Shown here: one piece after another, positions 1 through 11,314 of the stretch | Numbering within the stretch: the stretch's first letter is position 1 | Layout of the letters: the number at the start of each line of letters is the position of its first letter | Origin: an uncultured archaeon | Lineage (GTDB): Archaea; Thermoproteota; Nitrososphaeria; Nitrososphaerales; Gagatemarchaeaceae | Assembly (NCBI GenBank): GCA_963799775.1 | Contig: CAWCYD010000003.1 | Coordinates: forward strand, 1,312,001 to 1,376,000 | Length of the DNA: 64,000 nt | Direction: 5' to 3' | The notes under the pieces: generated by a model | What the model saw: only the letters and a program-made list of their open reading frames with translations | The model's database searches: none | Told to the model about the DNA's origin: nothing | Translations under genes and position numbers: made by a program

Positions 1-708
1 CATGCAGACGACCGTGTTCTCTCTCACAAAGCGCGCGATGTCGTCGACGTGCCCGTCGGTGTCGTCACCCTCGATCCCGTTCTTCAGCCAGATTACTCTC
101 GACACCCCAAGATAGTCGTGGAGCAGCGCCTCGAGCCGGGCCTTTCCCAGGCTCGGGTTTCGGTTCTTGTTGAGGAGGCATTGCTCTGTGGTGAGAAGCG
201 AACCTTTGCCGTTGACGTCTATCGAGCCTCCTTCGAGGACGACCCCTGTCTGGAAGATCTTCAACCCCGTGGCCTTCGCCACCTCCGTCCCAGTCTGGTC
301 GTCCATCAAGAGGTCGTCGTACTTGTTGCCCCAGGCGTTGAACTCCCATTTCGTGGCGGCGACCCCCTGCGCCCCTCCGCGGGCGTTGCGGACGAATATC
401 GGGCCGTAGTCGCGGATCCACACGTCCGCGCTCTCTATCCTGTGGAAGGTCACTCTCTTTCTCGAGACGATCGAGCTCACGTGGTCCTCCATCGCCTCGT
501 CGTCTACAAGGAGGTCGACCCTCTCTCCTGAGGTCAGAGCCTCGAGCAAGTCCGCGTAAGCCTCCTCCACTTTTGGCAGGACATCCTTCGGGAAGGTCAG
601 AGGGTTCTTCGGCCAGGACATCCACGTGGAGTCGTGTCTTTCCCATTCCGCGGGCATCGCATAGCCCAGAGCGGAAGGAGTGTCGTGTCGAGCCTTGCCC
701 TTGTCCAT
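1..708 (-). CDS. aguA: Agmatine deiminase (runs off left edge)
   Basis: Manual translation from ATG 708 gives GYAMPAEWERHDSTWMSWP, DVWIRDYGP, LEGGSIDVNGKG and GDDTDGHVDDIARF, the agmatine deiminase motifs. Not in the ORF track because it is incomplete. Confidence 0.92.
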   Translation of the reverse strand, partial: MDKGKARHDTPSALGYAMPAEWERHDSTWMSWPKNPLTFPKDVLPKVEEAYADLLEALTSGERVDLLVDDEAMEDHVSSIVSRKRVTFHRIESADVWIRDYGPIFVRNARGGAQGVAATKWEFNAWGNKYDDLLMDDQTGTEVAKATGLKIFQTGVVLEGGSIDVNGKGSLLTTEQCLLNKNRNPSLGKARLEALLHDYLGVSRVIWLKNGIEGDDTDGHVDDIARFVRENTVVCM

Positions 709-724
709 TCCATCGAACCCCTGC

Positions 725-1619
725 TCAGTTCGCCAGTCTGCGGTAGGTGGCGGGCTTCCTGTTCCTGAGGAAGCCCCATCCCTCCTCAACCTGCTTCCCC
801 AGATTGAGGTCGCAAGACGCAATGACGATCTGCTCCTTGTCGTCGGCACGTGCGAGGACCTTCCCGAACTGGTCGCAGACGAAGGAGCCGCCCCAGAAGG
901 TCATCCGGCCCTCCCTACCCACGCGGTTGACCGCGGCCACTATCATGCTGTTCGCGATGGCGTGCCCACGCTGGACGGTCTCCCAGGCGTCCCTCCAGTC
1001 CCCCTCTGTCTCCTCGATCCCGTCGACCCTGCCTATGGCTGTGGGATAGAAGAGGACGTCTGCCCCCATGAGCTTGACGACCCTTGCCGGTTCCGGATAC
1101 CACTGGTCGAAGCATATCAGAACGCCCAGCGATGCGGCCCGGGTCTTGAAGACGCCGTAGCTCGTCCCGCTCGCGAAGTAGTCCTTCTCGTAGAAGGACT
1201 CGTCCTGCGGGACCTGGACCTTCCTGTACTTGCCGACCATCCTTCCTGTCTCGTCGAAGACGGGCGAGGTGTTGTATAGGCGCCCCCCTGGCGCCTTCTC
1301 GTAGAGCGAGCCGCCGACCAGGGCGACCTTGAGTGCCCCGCGCTGCCTCTGAAAGGCGCTTCGTCGTCGGTCCTGGGATCCTTTCGGGTTTGACACTCGT
1401 CTCCCTTTCTTGGGGGAAGTAGCGGTATGCGAAGAGCTCGGGGAGGCAGACCACCGATGCGCCCTTATCGGCGGCCTCCCTGGTCATCTCCAAGGCCTTG
1501 GAGACGTTGGCCTCGTGGTCGTCCTCCATCGACATCTGGACGAGGCCCAGCGTGAGCTTGCGTCCTTGTCCAATCTCGTCTCTGCGATTAGTTTTCTTCT
1601 CTCTTACCATCTGAGCCAA
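725..1619 (-). CDS. aguB: N-carbamoylputrescine amidohydrolase (nitrilase family), frameshift near 1350
   Basis: CLPELF in ORF 915..1619; YRKVQVPQD, ICFDQWYPE, YPTAIG, QRGHAIAN in ORF 725..1396; adjacent to aguA. Confidence 0.88.
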
Positions 1620-1625
1620 ACTGTC

Positions 1626-3212
1626 CTAGCCTAGGCATCTTCTGAGTTTGGCCGCTTCTATGAAAGCGTTTGAGGCGCTAGACCTCTCCCCGTCCATCGC
1701 GCACATCATGAAGGTGTTGACAAAGTTCTCGTGCTTCTTCGAGTTGTTGTCGGAGGGACCCAACGGGAGAGAGAGCGTCTCCTCCACCGTGGAGAGGTCG
1801 GCCATCACGTACCTCAGGGCCGTCTTCAGCTTCTCCTTGTTCATCTGGGTGAACTTCGCCATGAGATCGTACTTGTCGACGAGCAGGTGGACGGTCTCCC
1901 ATGACACGAGCGAGCCTGCCACTCTGTAGTCGAAGTGGATGTTCTTGTAGCAGCGCCTCAAGGCGTCGAACTCCTTGTCCGAGAGAGACCGCAGGGCCTG
2001 AGCGCCGATGAACTCCGGCGGGATGCCGAGGGAGTAGAACGCGGCCGCGAAGGGGATGGCCCTCGGCATCGTGACGCCCTTGACTCTCCTGCTGTACCCG
2101 AACAGCCCGATGTGCAGCTTGCGCGCCCTCCTCGTAGGGATGAAGGACGCGACGTAGTTGATGAGCGGAGCCAGGATCTCCACCCTCGACTGGAAGACGG
2201 GGATGAGCTTCTTCATCGAGCTCTCTATCAAGCGGACGTCGTCTTCGTCCATCTCGGACAGCTCGCCGTTGGGGAGGCGCTGGTTGAGCGTCGCTATCCC
2301 CCTCTCCACGACGTCTGCCGGATAGTCGTACCTGAACGCGGACTGGATCGTGACGGTCGAGACGCCAGAATACTCGGCGAGGAAGTTGTCTATGTTCTCC
2401 GGGTGGAGGTGCCCTCTGAAGGGCATGGTCCCGACGCCCAGGATGGGGTTCATCTTCACCCCGGTCTTCTTCTGCACCTGGGAGAGCTTCCCGAGCGCGA
2501 CCTTGGCGAGGAGGACGGCCGTGATCAGCCCATAGTTGAGCGCCGGGTCTGACCTTGCGATGAAGACCCGCATCACATCCGGCTTGACCGCCCTGACATA
2601 TTCCATCACTATCTTGTCAATCGACATGAGGGAGGGCGCGTCCTCCACCAGCGGGATGGCCTCGACCTTCTTTGGCACGAACGCCCCCACCCAGTCTTTG
2701 ACCTTCATGTCCCCCCCGAGGCTGATGTCCTCTATGCCCGCGATCGCCCTGCCGTAGCACCTGTCGAGCCACAGGAGCTCGGCGCCCTTCGTCGTGAACG
2801 GGAGGATCACAGCGGAGACCGGGACCGTCTCGCCCTCGTAGAAGGCGCTCGCCACGTCGGCCTGGAGCGGGATGGACTGCAGCGTCGAAGTGACGATCTT
2901 CCTCTCTGCCTTCTCGACGAGCGGGTTGGGGATGCGGTAGGTGAGGAAGATGTCCCGCCCGAAGACGTTGTCCATGAAGTAATCAGAATACTTGCTGAGG
3001 AGCTTCCTGACGACGTTGGTGTCCACGTCCTTGCCCTCGGAGTCCCACATGACCTCGCTGCAAGCGAGCTTGCTGTACGCGATGTAGGCCTCGTCGAGCT
3101 CCATCTCGCCCTCGATTACCCCGTTGGTGGACGACGCCCAAGGTGGTGTGTTGGCGTTGTCCGGATGCTGCGTGGTCATCGTCTTGGGGATGAATCTCTT
3201 GTCGTCTGCCAA
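1626..3212 (-). CDS. ppcA: Archaeal-type phosphoenolpyruvate carboxylase
   Basis: IPKTMTTQHPDN, MWDSEGKD, FIARSDPALNYG, PFRGHL, RKLHIGLFGYSR, PRAIPF; about 530 aa, archaeal size. TTG start inferred. Confidence 0.93.
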   Translation of the reverse strand: MADDKRFIPKTMTTQHPDNANTPPWASSTNGVIEGEMELDEAYIAYSKLACSEVMWDSEGKDVDTNVVRKLLSKYSDYFMDNVFGRDIFLTYRIPNPLVEKAERKIVTSTLQSIPLQADVASAFYEGETVPVSAVILPFTTKGAELLWLDRCYGRAIAGIEDISLGGDMKVKDWVGAFVPKKVEAIPLVEDAPSLMSIDKIVMEYVRAVKPDVMRVFIARSDPALNYGLITAVLLAKVALGKLSQVQKKTGVKMNPILGVGTMPFRGHLHPENIDNFLAEYSGVSTVTIQSAFRYDYPADVVERGIATLNQRLPNGELSEMDEDDVRLIESSMKKLIPVFQSRVEILAPLINYVASFIPTRRARKLHIGLFGYSRRVKGVTMPRAIPFAAAFYSLGIPPEFIGAQALRSLSDKEFDALRRCYKNIHFDYRVAGSLVSWETVHLLVDKYDLMAKFTQMNKEKLKTALRYVMADLSTVEETLSLPLGPSDNNSKKHENFVNTFMMCAMDGERSSASNAFIEAAKLRRCLG

Positions 3213-3340
3213 GTTCTGATGTGCGAGCGAGCGTCTCAAAGTTACCGTATTAATGTTAGACGGAACGAGATCCTCCGCGGGCTCAGCGCGAACTCGGGTT
3301 GCTCCGACTCGTTAAATATCGCTTGGCGTCAGGAGAAGCC

Positions 3341-3766
3341 ATGCCCACCAAGTACGACACCGTCGTCCAGACCAAGGCCCCTTTGAGCAAGGCGATCGAC
3401 TACTACTCGCACCCGGAGAACCTGCCGAAGGTGCACCCGGACTTTGTCAAGGGCGTCACGATAATCAGCAAGGACGGCGACACGGTCAAGCTCGAGCAGC
3501 AGATGGAGATGATGGGGAGGAAGCTCAAGGCTGTGAACACGATGACGTGGGACGCCGCGAACAACAAGTTCGTCGTAAACACACTCGAGGGCGACGGCAA
3601 GGGCAGCAAGATAACCATCGAGCTGAAGCAGGTCCCGACGGGGACTGAGGTGCACTACTGGGCGGAGATGGAGTTCGGCGCTCTCGGGTTCTTCATCAAG
3701 GGCAGGGCCAAGGACTCGTTCCTCAAGGTCGCCCAGGAAGACGCAAAAGCCCTCGACGCGACGTAG
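3341..3766 (+). CDS. SRPBCC/START-fold (polyketide cyclase-like) protein
   Basis: YYSHPENLPKVHP N-terminal pattern, GTEVHYWAEM, about 140 aa. Confidence 0.7.
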   Translation: MPTKYDTVVQTKAPLSKAIDYYSHPENLPKVHPDFVKGVTIISKDGDTVKLEQQMEMMGRKLKAVNTMTWDAANNKFVVNTLEGDGKGSKITIELKQVPTGTEVHYWAEMEFGALGFFIKGRAKDSFLKVAQEDAKALDAT

Positions 3767-3803
3767 CCGCGAGCGCTCCAAGCCTTCTCTAGAGAGCTGG
3801 CGG

Positions 3804-4674
3804 TCAGGGTCTCACGATCAGCGAGACAGCCAGCAGTAGCCCCACAAGCACATGGACACGGGCCACTATGGGAACTGACCTCTCCCAGGACTTACCTTTC
3901 ATTAGATCCGAACCGCCCTTCACCGCGACGGGAAGAGCGACCCAGACGAGCAAGACCGATATCGGCGCGCCGAGGACGAAGGAGGGCACCGACCACAGAA
4001 AGGCGGAAGCGATGAGAACCAGCAACAGGACGGAGCCGCGCCTCCTTCCTATTAGGACGGCGATCGTCCTTCGCCCGTGCTCTCTGTCCTTCTCTACGTC
4101 TCGTAGGTTGTTTGCGAGCAGTATCGACGTCACGAGCAAGCCGACCGGGATGGAATAGGAAAGCGCCAGGCTCGAGACCGAGCCCGACGCGGCGATGTCA
4201 GCCGAGACGACCTCGATGGGCCCCATGATGAGTCCCACGAGCAGCTCGCCGAACGGGGTCGAGGAGATGGGGAGCGGCCCCTCCGAGTAGACTATCCCCG
4301 CCAGGATCGCTAGGGTCCCGAGTATGAGCAGGAGAACCCCTCTCTCAAGCACCAGCAGGATGCCCAGGAAGAAGGCCACCCCGTAGCAGGCCGCCGCGGT
4401 GGAGATGAACCTCCCTTGCGTTGACCTCGCCCGAGACGATGATCCCGGCAAACCCCACAGAGGGGACCGTGTCCACTGCGTGCTTGTAGTCGCCGTATTC
4501 GTTGAACGCGTTCGTAGCGACCTGCATCAGCAGCGCCACGACTAGGATGTCGAGCCAGCTCAGCGGATCAAATCCGCCGCTCCTGACCGCCAGTGCACCG
4601 CCCACCAACATTGGGACGGCTGTCGCAGCGAGCGTCGGCACGCGGATGAGCCTGACGAGCTGGCCGAGTCTCAA
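3804..4674 (-). CDS. menA: 1,4-dihydroxy-2-naphthoate prenyltransferase (UbiA family), frameshift near 4410
   Basis: NAFNEYGDYKHAVD and LANNLRDVEKDREHGRRTIAV motifs; last gene of the men operon. Confidence 0.9.
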
Positions 4675-6255
4675 TTCGTGGCTTCACCACTTTCGAGCCG
4701 CTGACGGACCACGCTTCTCCGCGTCTTGCCCGTCGGGGTCTTTGGCAACTCGGTCCAAAAGTGGTATTGCTTGGGGACCTTGTAACGCGCGACCCTCTCC
4801 TTCAAGAACGCAGTCAGCTCCTTGGGTGAAGGCCCTTCGTCCCCATACTCAGGTCTTCTCTCGATTACCGCCACCACCTTCTCGCCCCACGTTGCGTCGA
4901 CCAGGCCGATGACCACGGCGTCCCTCACAGCAGCGTGCTCTCGCAGCGCTGACTCGACCTCGGCGGGTAGGATCTTTTCTCCTCCACTGACTATCGTCTC
5001 TTCTTTCCTTCCGAGCACGGTAAGGCCGCCGGAATAGGGTGCCTTTTTGTCCGCTCCAGCGATACCCAGGTCGCCGGTGAGGAACCACCCGTCGCTGAAC
5101 TTTGCCTTGGTGAGGGCCGGTCTCCGCCAATAACCGACGAACAGGGTCGGACCACGGACGGCTATCTCTCCGACCTCCCCGGGCTTCGCCAGGGCGACCC
5201 GACCCTTCGTCCCCGGCCTTGTCACCGCGAGAGCATTGGGGAAGAGGGGCTGGTATGCGGGCTCTTCGGGGTGAGCTCCGACATCGGCTATGGCGACCTG
5301 GGAGCACGTCTCGGTCATCCCATAGGTCAGTAGGACCGGAAGACGCCGCTTCCTGATCTCGGCCAGGAGTTGCGCTGGGGGTTGGCCTCCTCCGAGGAAG
5401 ATGGCCCTGACCCTCTGATTGATGGGATCGGCGCCCCGCGCCTCGATGAAGCTCCCCGAGCATCGTGGGGACGAAAGATACCAGGGTGATGCCGTCATCG
5501 TCTAGAGAGCGCGAAATCCGCGCCGGGTCAAAGGTACTCTGCGTGACGATCCCGTTGCCGTAGAGGAGGCTGCGGAAGATGATGCTGTACCCCCCGACAT
5601 GATAGAGCGGCATGCAAAGCATCCACCTGTCGTCGGGAGCCGCGCCCACCCTGAGCCCTACCGAGACGGCGTTCCACATGAAGTTCGAAAGCGTGAGCAC
5701 GACGCCCTTCGGCTCTCCGCTTGATCCTGAGGTGTAGACTATCGCGTGAGGAGAAAGGAGGTCGAGATAGGCGCCTACGAGACCGCGCGAGGCGGACTCC
5801 GACTCGGCCATCAAGTCCGAGAGTCCCTCCGATCGGCGAGCGATGGGACTTCCGCTTCCTCGAGAGCCTCTGCCTCCTTCGGTCTCGATCCGCTTCGCGA
5901 CATGCCTCAGGGCGTCGTCGTACACGACCAGCGAGGGGTCTGAGTCGAGCACCTGCGAGGCCAGCTCTGGTATCGACTGCCCGTGGTTGAGGGGCACCGC
6001 CACTGCCCCGGTCCTTGCGAGGGCGTGGACGAGGGCGACGAAGGCATGGGACGGGCGGGTGAGGATTGCTACCCTGTCTCCCTCCTTCACGCCTCTAGCT
6101 TGGAGGACCGCCGAGAGCGAGCTGACGCGCTGCTGTAGTTCGCGGTATGACCACTCCAGCGTGCCCGTCTTCAGAGCCAATGCATCGGGAGAGACCTCTG
6201 AGCGCCACCTCAGCCAGTCAGGGGCCTTCCCCGCCTGTCGGAGGCCTGAGCTCAA
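4671..6255 (-). CDS. menE: O-succinylbenzoate-CoA ligase, frameshift near 5450
   Basis: [53 protein letters not shown]; TTG start overlaps the menB stop. Confidence 0.9.
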
Positions 6256-7070
6256 GGGAGCCACGGATACTTCTTGAAGTCTGGCTTTCTCTTCTGGAGG
6301 AAGGCGTCCCTGCCTTCCTTCGCTTCCTCGGTCATGTAGTAGAGCATGGTCGCGTCCCCGGCGAGCTCCTGGAGCCCGGCGAGACCGTCCGTGTCCGCGT
6401 TGAATGCCGCCTTCATGATCCTGATGGCGGTAGGGCTCATCCGAAGGATCTCCTCCGCCCATTTCAACGTCTCCTCCTCGAGACGGGCGAGGGGCACGAC
6501 CGTGTTGACAAGGCCCATGCTCAGGGCCTGCTCGGCGTCGTATTGCCTGCAGAGATACCAGATCTCCTTGGCCTTCTTGGGGCCTACCATGCGGGCGAGG
6601 AGCCCGGCCCCGAACCCTGCGTCGAAGCTCCCGACCTTAGGGCCTGTCTGGCCGAAGACCGCGTTGTCAGCAGCGATGGTGAGGTCGCAGACAAGGTGCA
6701 AGACGTGCCCCCCGCCTATGGCGTACCCGGCGACCATGGCAATCACCGGTTTGGGGAGGCTTCGGATCTGCCTCTGAAGATCCAGGACGTTGAGCCGCGG
6801 GACGCCGTTCTTGTCCACGTAGCCTGCCTTCCCTCTGACCCTCTGGTCGCCTCCGGAGCAGAAGGCCTTGTCGCCTGCGCCCGTGAAGATGGCGACCCCG
6901 ATTGTGGGGTCGTTCCTGACGATCGAGAAGGCTTCAGAGAGCTCGAAGAGCGTCTCGGGCCTGAACGCGTTCCTCACTTCAGGCCTGTTGATGGTGAGCT
7001 TCGCGACGCCCCCTCTCCGCTCGAAGAGTATGTCTTCGTATTTCTTGACCCTCTTCCAGCTCCCTTGCAT
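6252..7070 (-). CDS. menB: 1,4-dihydroxy-2-naphthoyl-CoA synthase
   Basis: [49 protein letters not shown]. Confidence 0.97.
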   Translation of the reverse strand: MQGSWKRVKKYEDILFERRGGVAKLTINRPEVRNAFRPETLFELSEAFSIVRNDPTIGVAIFTGAGDKAFCSGGDQRVRGKAGYVDKNGVPRLNVLDLQRQIRSLPKPVIAMVAGYAIGGGHVLHLVCDLTIAADNAVFGQTGPKVGSFDAGFGAGLLARMVGPKKAKEIWYLCRQYDAEQALSMGLVNTVVPLARLEEETLKWAEEILRMSPTAIRIMKAAFNADTDGLAGLQELAGDATMLYYMTEEAKEGRDAFLQKRKPDFKKYPWLP

Positions 7071-7123
7071 TGGGCGTCCACCGCCCCCCGTGCTGTTGTC
7101 TTTCATCGCGCTACGTCTGCTTT

Positions 7124-7982
7124 TCATTTTTGACTCGCTACCCGTAGCATCTCAGGGCTGTCTTCAAGGAAGCGGTCCACCAGGACGGCGAACTCTTCCG
7201 GCTTTTCCACGTGGACGCAGTGCCCGGCGCCTCGGACCTCCGCGAGGACGCTTCCCTGGATCCTCTTCCGCATCTCGTCTGCGATTTGCGAGTACTTCGA
7301 GTCTGCCTTCCCTACGACAAGGAGCACTGGTATCTTGAGGCGCCCCATAGAGTTCCAGAGAGGGGCCATCGCCCCGGACCCGGCTTGCCGGAGGCTCGTC
7401 GCCAAACCATGAGCGGAGTTCGAGAGGCGGTCTCGCGCGATCCCCTGGAAGACCTCCGGTGGCAGGTCCATTTTGGGTAGAGAAGGTGGGGGTCTCCTGC
7501 CAGTAGTCGACGAACCACTCGATGCCGCGCCGCTCTATTTCGTCGGCCAGAGCCTCGTCGCTGGCCTTTCTCTCCGCTCTCTCCGAGGGACTCGCGACCC
7601 CAGGCGACGTTCCTTCGAGTACCAAGCAGCTCAGCAACTCCTGGTGCTTGCAGGCCATGTCGAGGGCGATTCTGCCGCCCAGCGAGTAGCCGATGAGCGC
7701 CGCCTTCCTTCCGTGCCCCCCATGGTTCGCGAGCCTCACGACTTCTGCGATCGCGTCGGAGGTCAGGCCGACGCACATCTCAGATGGACGAGAGACGCCT
7801 GACTTCCCATGACCGGGAAGGTCGGGCAGGATGACGAAGTGGGTCTTCGATAGCCTTTCCACGAGAAGGTCCCAGGTTCGGTGTGTCCCTGTGAACCCGT
7901 GAAGAAGGACGACTGGGCTGCTGGACCTGTCTCCCCTCGTGACGAACCAGATGGCTGGCCCCCCGCCTACCCGTTTGAGCAT
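7124..7982 (-). CDS. menH: SHCHC synthase (alpha/beta hydrolase), frameshift near 7470
   Basis: [41 protein letters not shown]; lies between menD and menB. Confidence 0.88.
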
Positions 7983-7989
7983 GGGCAAC

Positions 7990-9748
7990 TCAGCTGACCT
8001 CTCCTGCCTTGGCCGAGGGCGACGAGAGAGAGCGGAAGGTCTCATTGTGAAGCTCCAAGTTGCGTTCCCTGTCAGAGACCATGAACTCGATTATTCGGAG
8101 CCCGCTCCCCTTGGCCGAGGACGCGAACGCCCGGCCGAACGAGTCCCAGTCCGTGACTCTCTCGAAGTTTCCGCCGTAGACGAGCCTCACTCCTGAGAAG
8201 TCGAGGTCGTGCGCCTCTCCGAAGAGCCGCTCGAAGAGGTCCTTTGGCATGGAGTGCTGTGGGAGGAAGGAGAAGATCCCGCCGCCTCTGTTGTTGACGA
8301 TGATGATCGTGGCATTGAGCTTGTAGAGCCTCGAAGCCAGGAGGCCGTTCATGTCATGGTAGAAGGAGACGTCACCCAGTATCAACATGGACCTCGCCTT
8401 CGGAGGCCGAGATTCCCATCGCCGTGGATACGACGCCGTCGATTCCGTTGGCACCTCTGTTTGCGACGAACCTGATGTTCTCGCTCCCGCGGGAGAAGAA
8501 GTACTCGAGGTCGCGCACAGGCATGCTGTTGCCTACGACGACGGTGAGAGGCTTCGAAGGCGCCAGACTCGTCGAGAGTGTCTGGAAGAGCTTCCCTTCG
8601 AACGGCTCGTCCGTCTTCTCCATCATGGTTTCCATGGATGCTTCGGCGTCGGCGTCAGCTCGCAGCCACATCTTCAGCCAGTCCGCGTCTCTTCGCGCCT
8701 TGTCTTCGAGCTCGCGGTTCATGACGGCGACAGTGTGGTCTAGCTCGCCGAAGATCATGGTGGACGCCCCGAACTCCGGGTCCCTCCACCCGTTTCCATC
8801 GTCAAGGAGGATCGTCTCCGAGGCCTTGCAGAAAGAGTTCAGTTCCTTGGAGGTGGGGACGCCGCCGAGACGGATGATGCAGTCGGGCCGGTTGGCCTTG
8901 AAGTCTTGGTTGCGAACGAGTAGCTCGTAGCTTCTGACGAGGCAAGATTCGAGGCTGCGGTCCTGCCTCAGGTTCGAGAGGACGTCGGCGAGGATCGGCC
9001 ATCCGAGCCTCTCAGAGAGCCTCTCGAGCCCTTTGCGTAGCGGTGCCCCGTACTCCCCGGGCCCTGCTATAACGACTCCTCTGGTGACAGTCCTCAGGCG
9101 CTTCGCGACACGACGGACCTGCTCGTCGTCGGCGATAGACGTTGCTGCCACGACGGTCACCTTGCCGCTCTTCCGCGTTTCGTCGCCTGATTCCGAGGAA
9201 GTCCCCGAGACGAGCGGCTCCCTAAAGGAGAAGTTGACGTGCACCGGGCCGCCCGGACTCAGTCTGGCCTCGTATGAGGCCCTGGCGCCGACCCTGCGCG
9301 AATAGCGAAGAAGGTCCTCCAAGTCGGCGGCGACGGGCATGTCTTGGAACCACTTCACGTGAGAGCTGAAGAGGCCGACCTGGTCGATGGTCTGAGCGCC
9401 GCCAAAGTCACGTGACTCTGGGGGTCGGTCGGCCGTCACCACGACCATGGGGACCCGTCCGAGGCTGGCTTCAGCGACCGCGGGGAGGAGGTTTGCGGCC
9501 GCCGTCCCCGATGTGCACACGAGCGCTACAGGAGACGAGGAGCTCTTCGCTATCCCGAGGGCGAAGAAGCCAGCCGACCTCTCGTCGTATAGGGCCCATT
9601 GCCGGACATCCCCCGCCCTCTTTGCGAAGGCGATCGCGAGCGGCGTCGACCTCGACCCCGGGCAGATCACGACGTGCGTTATTCCTCCGTCTATGAGCCC
9701 GTCTACGAAGGATTGGGCGTACGATGCGAAGTCGGTCGTCCCGGTCAC
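7990..9748 (-). CDS. menD: SEPHCHC synthase (TPP-dependent), frameshift near 8390
   Basis: CPGSRSTPL, DERSAGFFALG, CTSGTA, NSMPVRD, ANRGANGIDG, GDVSFYHDMNGL, NNRGGGIF. Confidence 0.95.
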
Positions 9749-11241
9749 CCTCCACCTTCGGCGAGCACGTTTTCGTCGATGCCAAGCGCCAGGCCCATCG
9801 TCCCGAGCTTCAAGCTAGTCTCCTCGAACTCTTCCGGGGGCAGGGAGCCGGCCACGAGGCCTGCCCCAGCGTAGATCATCGCGCGCTTGCCTTTGATGAC
9901 CCCCGACCTGATCGCGACGACCAGGTCCGCTTCGTCCAGCCCGGGACTCAGGATGCCTACGACGCCAGAGTACCATCCCCTGTCGAGCTTCTCCGATCTT
10001 CGGATCCAGCTGACCGCCTTCTCCTTCGGCTCTCCTCCGATGGCTGGGTTCGGCCAGAGCGCGAGCGCGGCGTCCCACGCGTCATTCTCATCGAGCAGCT
10101 TCGCCCTCACGGGCGTGTGGAGGTGCTGGATCGTTGTGAGCTTCTTCAGGACCGGTTTGCTGGGAACTTCCATGCTAGAGCTGATGGGAGACAGGGCCCG
10201 GACCGCCGCCTTGACGACGAACTCATGCTCCCTCCTGGACTTCGAGTCGCCGAGCATGAGCGTGCCGAGGCTCTCGTCTGCCGCTGTGTTCTTGCTCCTC
10301 CGAGAAGAGGCCGCAAGGCAATCGACCTCGACGTCCCCATTCTTCGCCGACAAGAGGCTCTCCGGGGTGGCTCCGAGGAAGACCGAGCCCTTCACCTTGA
10401 CGGCGAAGATCGTAGAATCCGGGTTGAACGCGATCAGCCTCTTGATGACGACGGCCGCGGGGATCCTTCCCCGGAAGGTCAGGTCGACGGCGCGCGCCAG
10501 CACGACCTTCTTCAGCTCAGCGTTTGAGATCGAGTCGAGCGCCTCGCCGGCCAGCGACAGCCAGGCCTTGCGAGACGGGATGCTTCGGGCGTTCTCCAGC
10601 TTTGGGACACGTCCTATTTCGGCTTCGTGAGCTTCCGGCTCGACCCTCGCGTCGGGCTCGAGGGTCTCGGCCAGGGACCGATAGGACCGGCGTAGCTTCG
10701 CCAGGTCGGAGGAGGGCGTGAGCCGAGCGGCCAACGTGAGTAAGGTCTTCTCGCCTTCGAGTTTGAGGACAAGCGCCGGTATTGCCCAGCGGGAAGAGGG
10801 AAAGTCCCGCCAGATTCCTGCCCTCCTTCTGTTCTCTATGGGCGGGAAACCCCAGCCCCCGACTATCATGACCTTGGACGAGTCCGGCGTCGAGAAGGCT
10901 TCCGCCTCGGGGAGGGCCCGCTCGCTCCGCCGGCCGGCCCGACGCGAAGCGCTCGGATTGAAGGCCTTTGCGACGCCTAGGCCTAGCGCGACGTGGTCCC
11001 GGCCGACCAAAAGGAACGCGTCTTCGATGGGGGAGTCGAACGCGCCGAGGGGCAAGCCCGCGTGCAGCTCAATGGATGTCGCGAAGAGAATCGGCGCCGC
11101 GCCTCTCTTCGCCTCTGAGAGGCCCTCTGAGAGCGACCGGTCGACCCAGTCTTCCAAGATAGAACGTGGACGAGGCTCGGCGAACGACAGGGAGGAATTT
11201 CGATGGTCAGGCACGCCCGTCCATTTCCTTGCGATTACCAC
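9745..11241 (-). CDS. menF: Isochorismate synthase
   Basis: KVVLAR, FLGATPE, REHEFVV, IQHLHTP, DRGWYSG, VAIRSG, YAGAGLV. Confidence 0.9.
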   Translation of the reverse strand: MVIARKWTGVPDHRNSSLSFAEPRPRSILEDWVDRSLSEGLSEAKRGAAPILFATSIELHAGLPLGAFDSPIEDAFLLVGRDHVALGLGVAKAFNPSASRRAGRRSERALPEAEAFSTPDSSKVMIVGGWGFPPIENRRRAGIWRDFPSSRWAIPALVLKLEGEKTLLTLAARLTPSSDLAKLRRSYRSLAETLEPDARVEPEAHEAEIGRVPKLENARSIPSRKAWLSLAGEALDSISNAELKKVVLARAVDLTFRGRIPAAVVIKRLIAFNPDSTIFAVKVKGSVFLGATPESLLSAKNGDVEVDCLAASSRRSKNTAADESLGTLMLGDSKSRREHEFVVKAAVRALSPISSSMEVPSKPVLKKLTTIQHLHTPVRAKLLDENDAWDAALALWPNPAIGGEPKEKAVSWIRRSEKLDRGWYSGVVGILSPGLDEADLVVAIRSGVIKGKRAMIYAGAGLVAGSLPPEEFEETSLKLGTMGLALGIDENVLAEGGG

Positions 11242-11314
11242 GGCGAAGTGGTATTAATGGTTTGCAAAATCCGACTCAAACGTTAAAGGCGGCGCAGGCA
11301 TCCCGGCCCTTGGG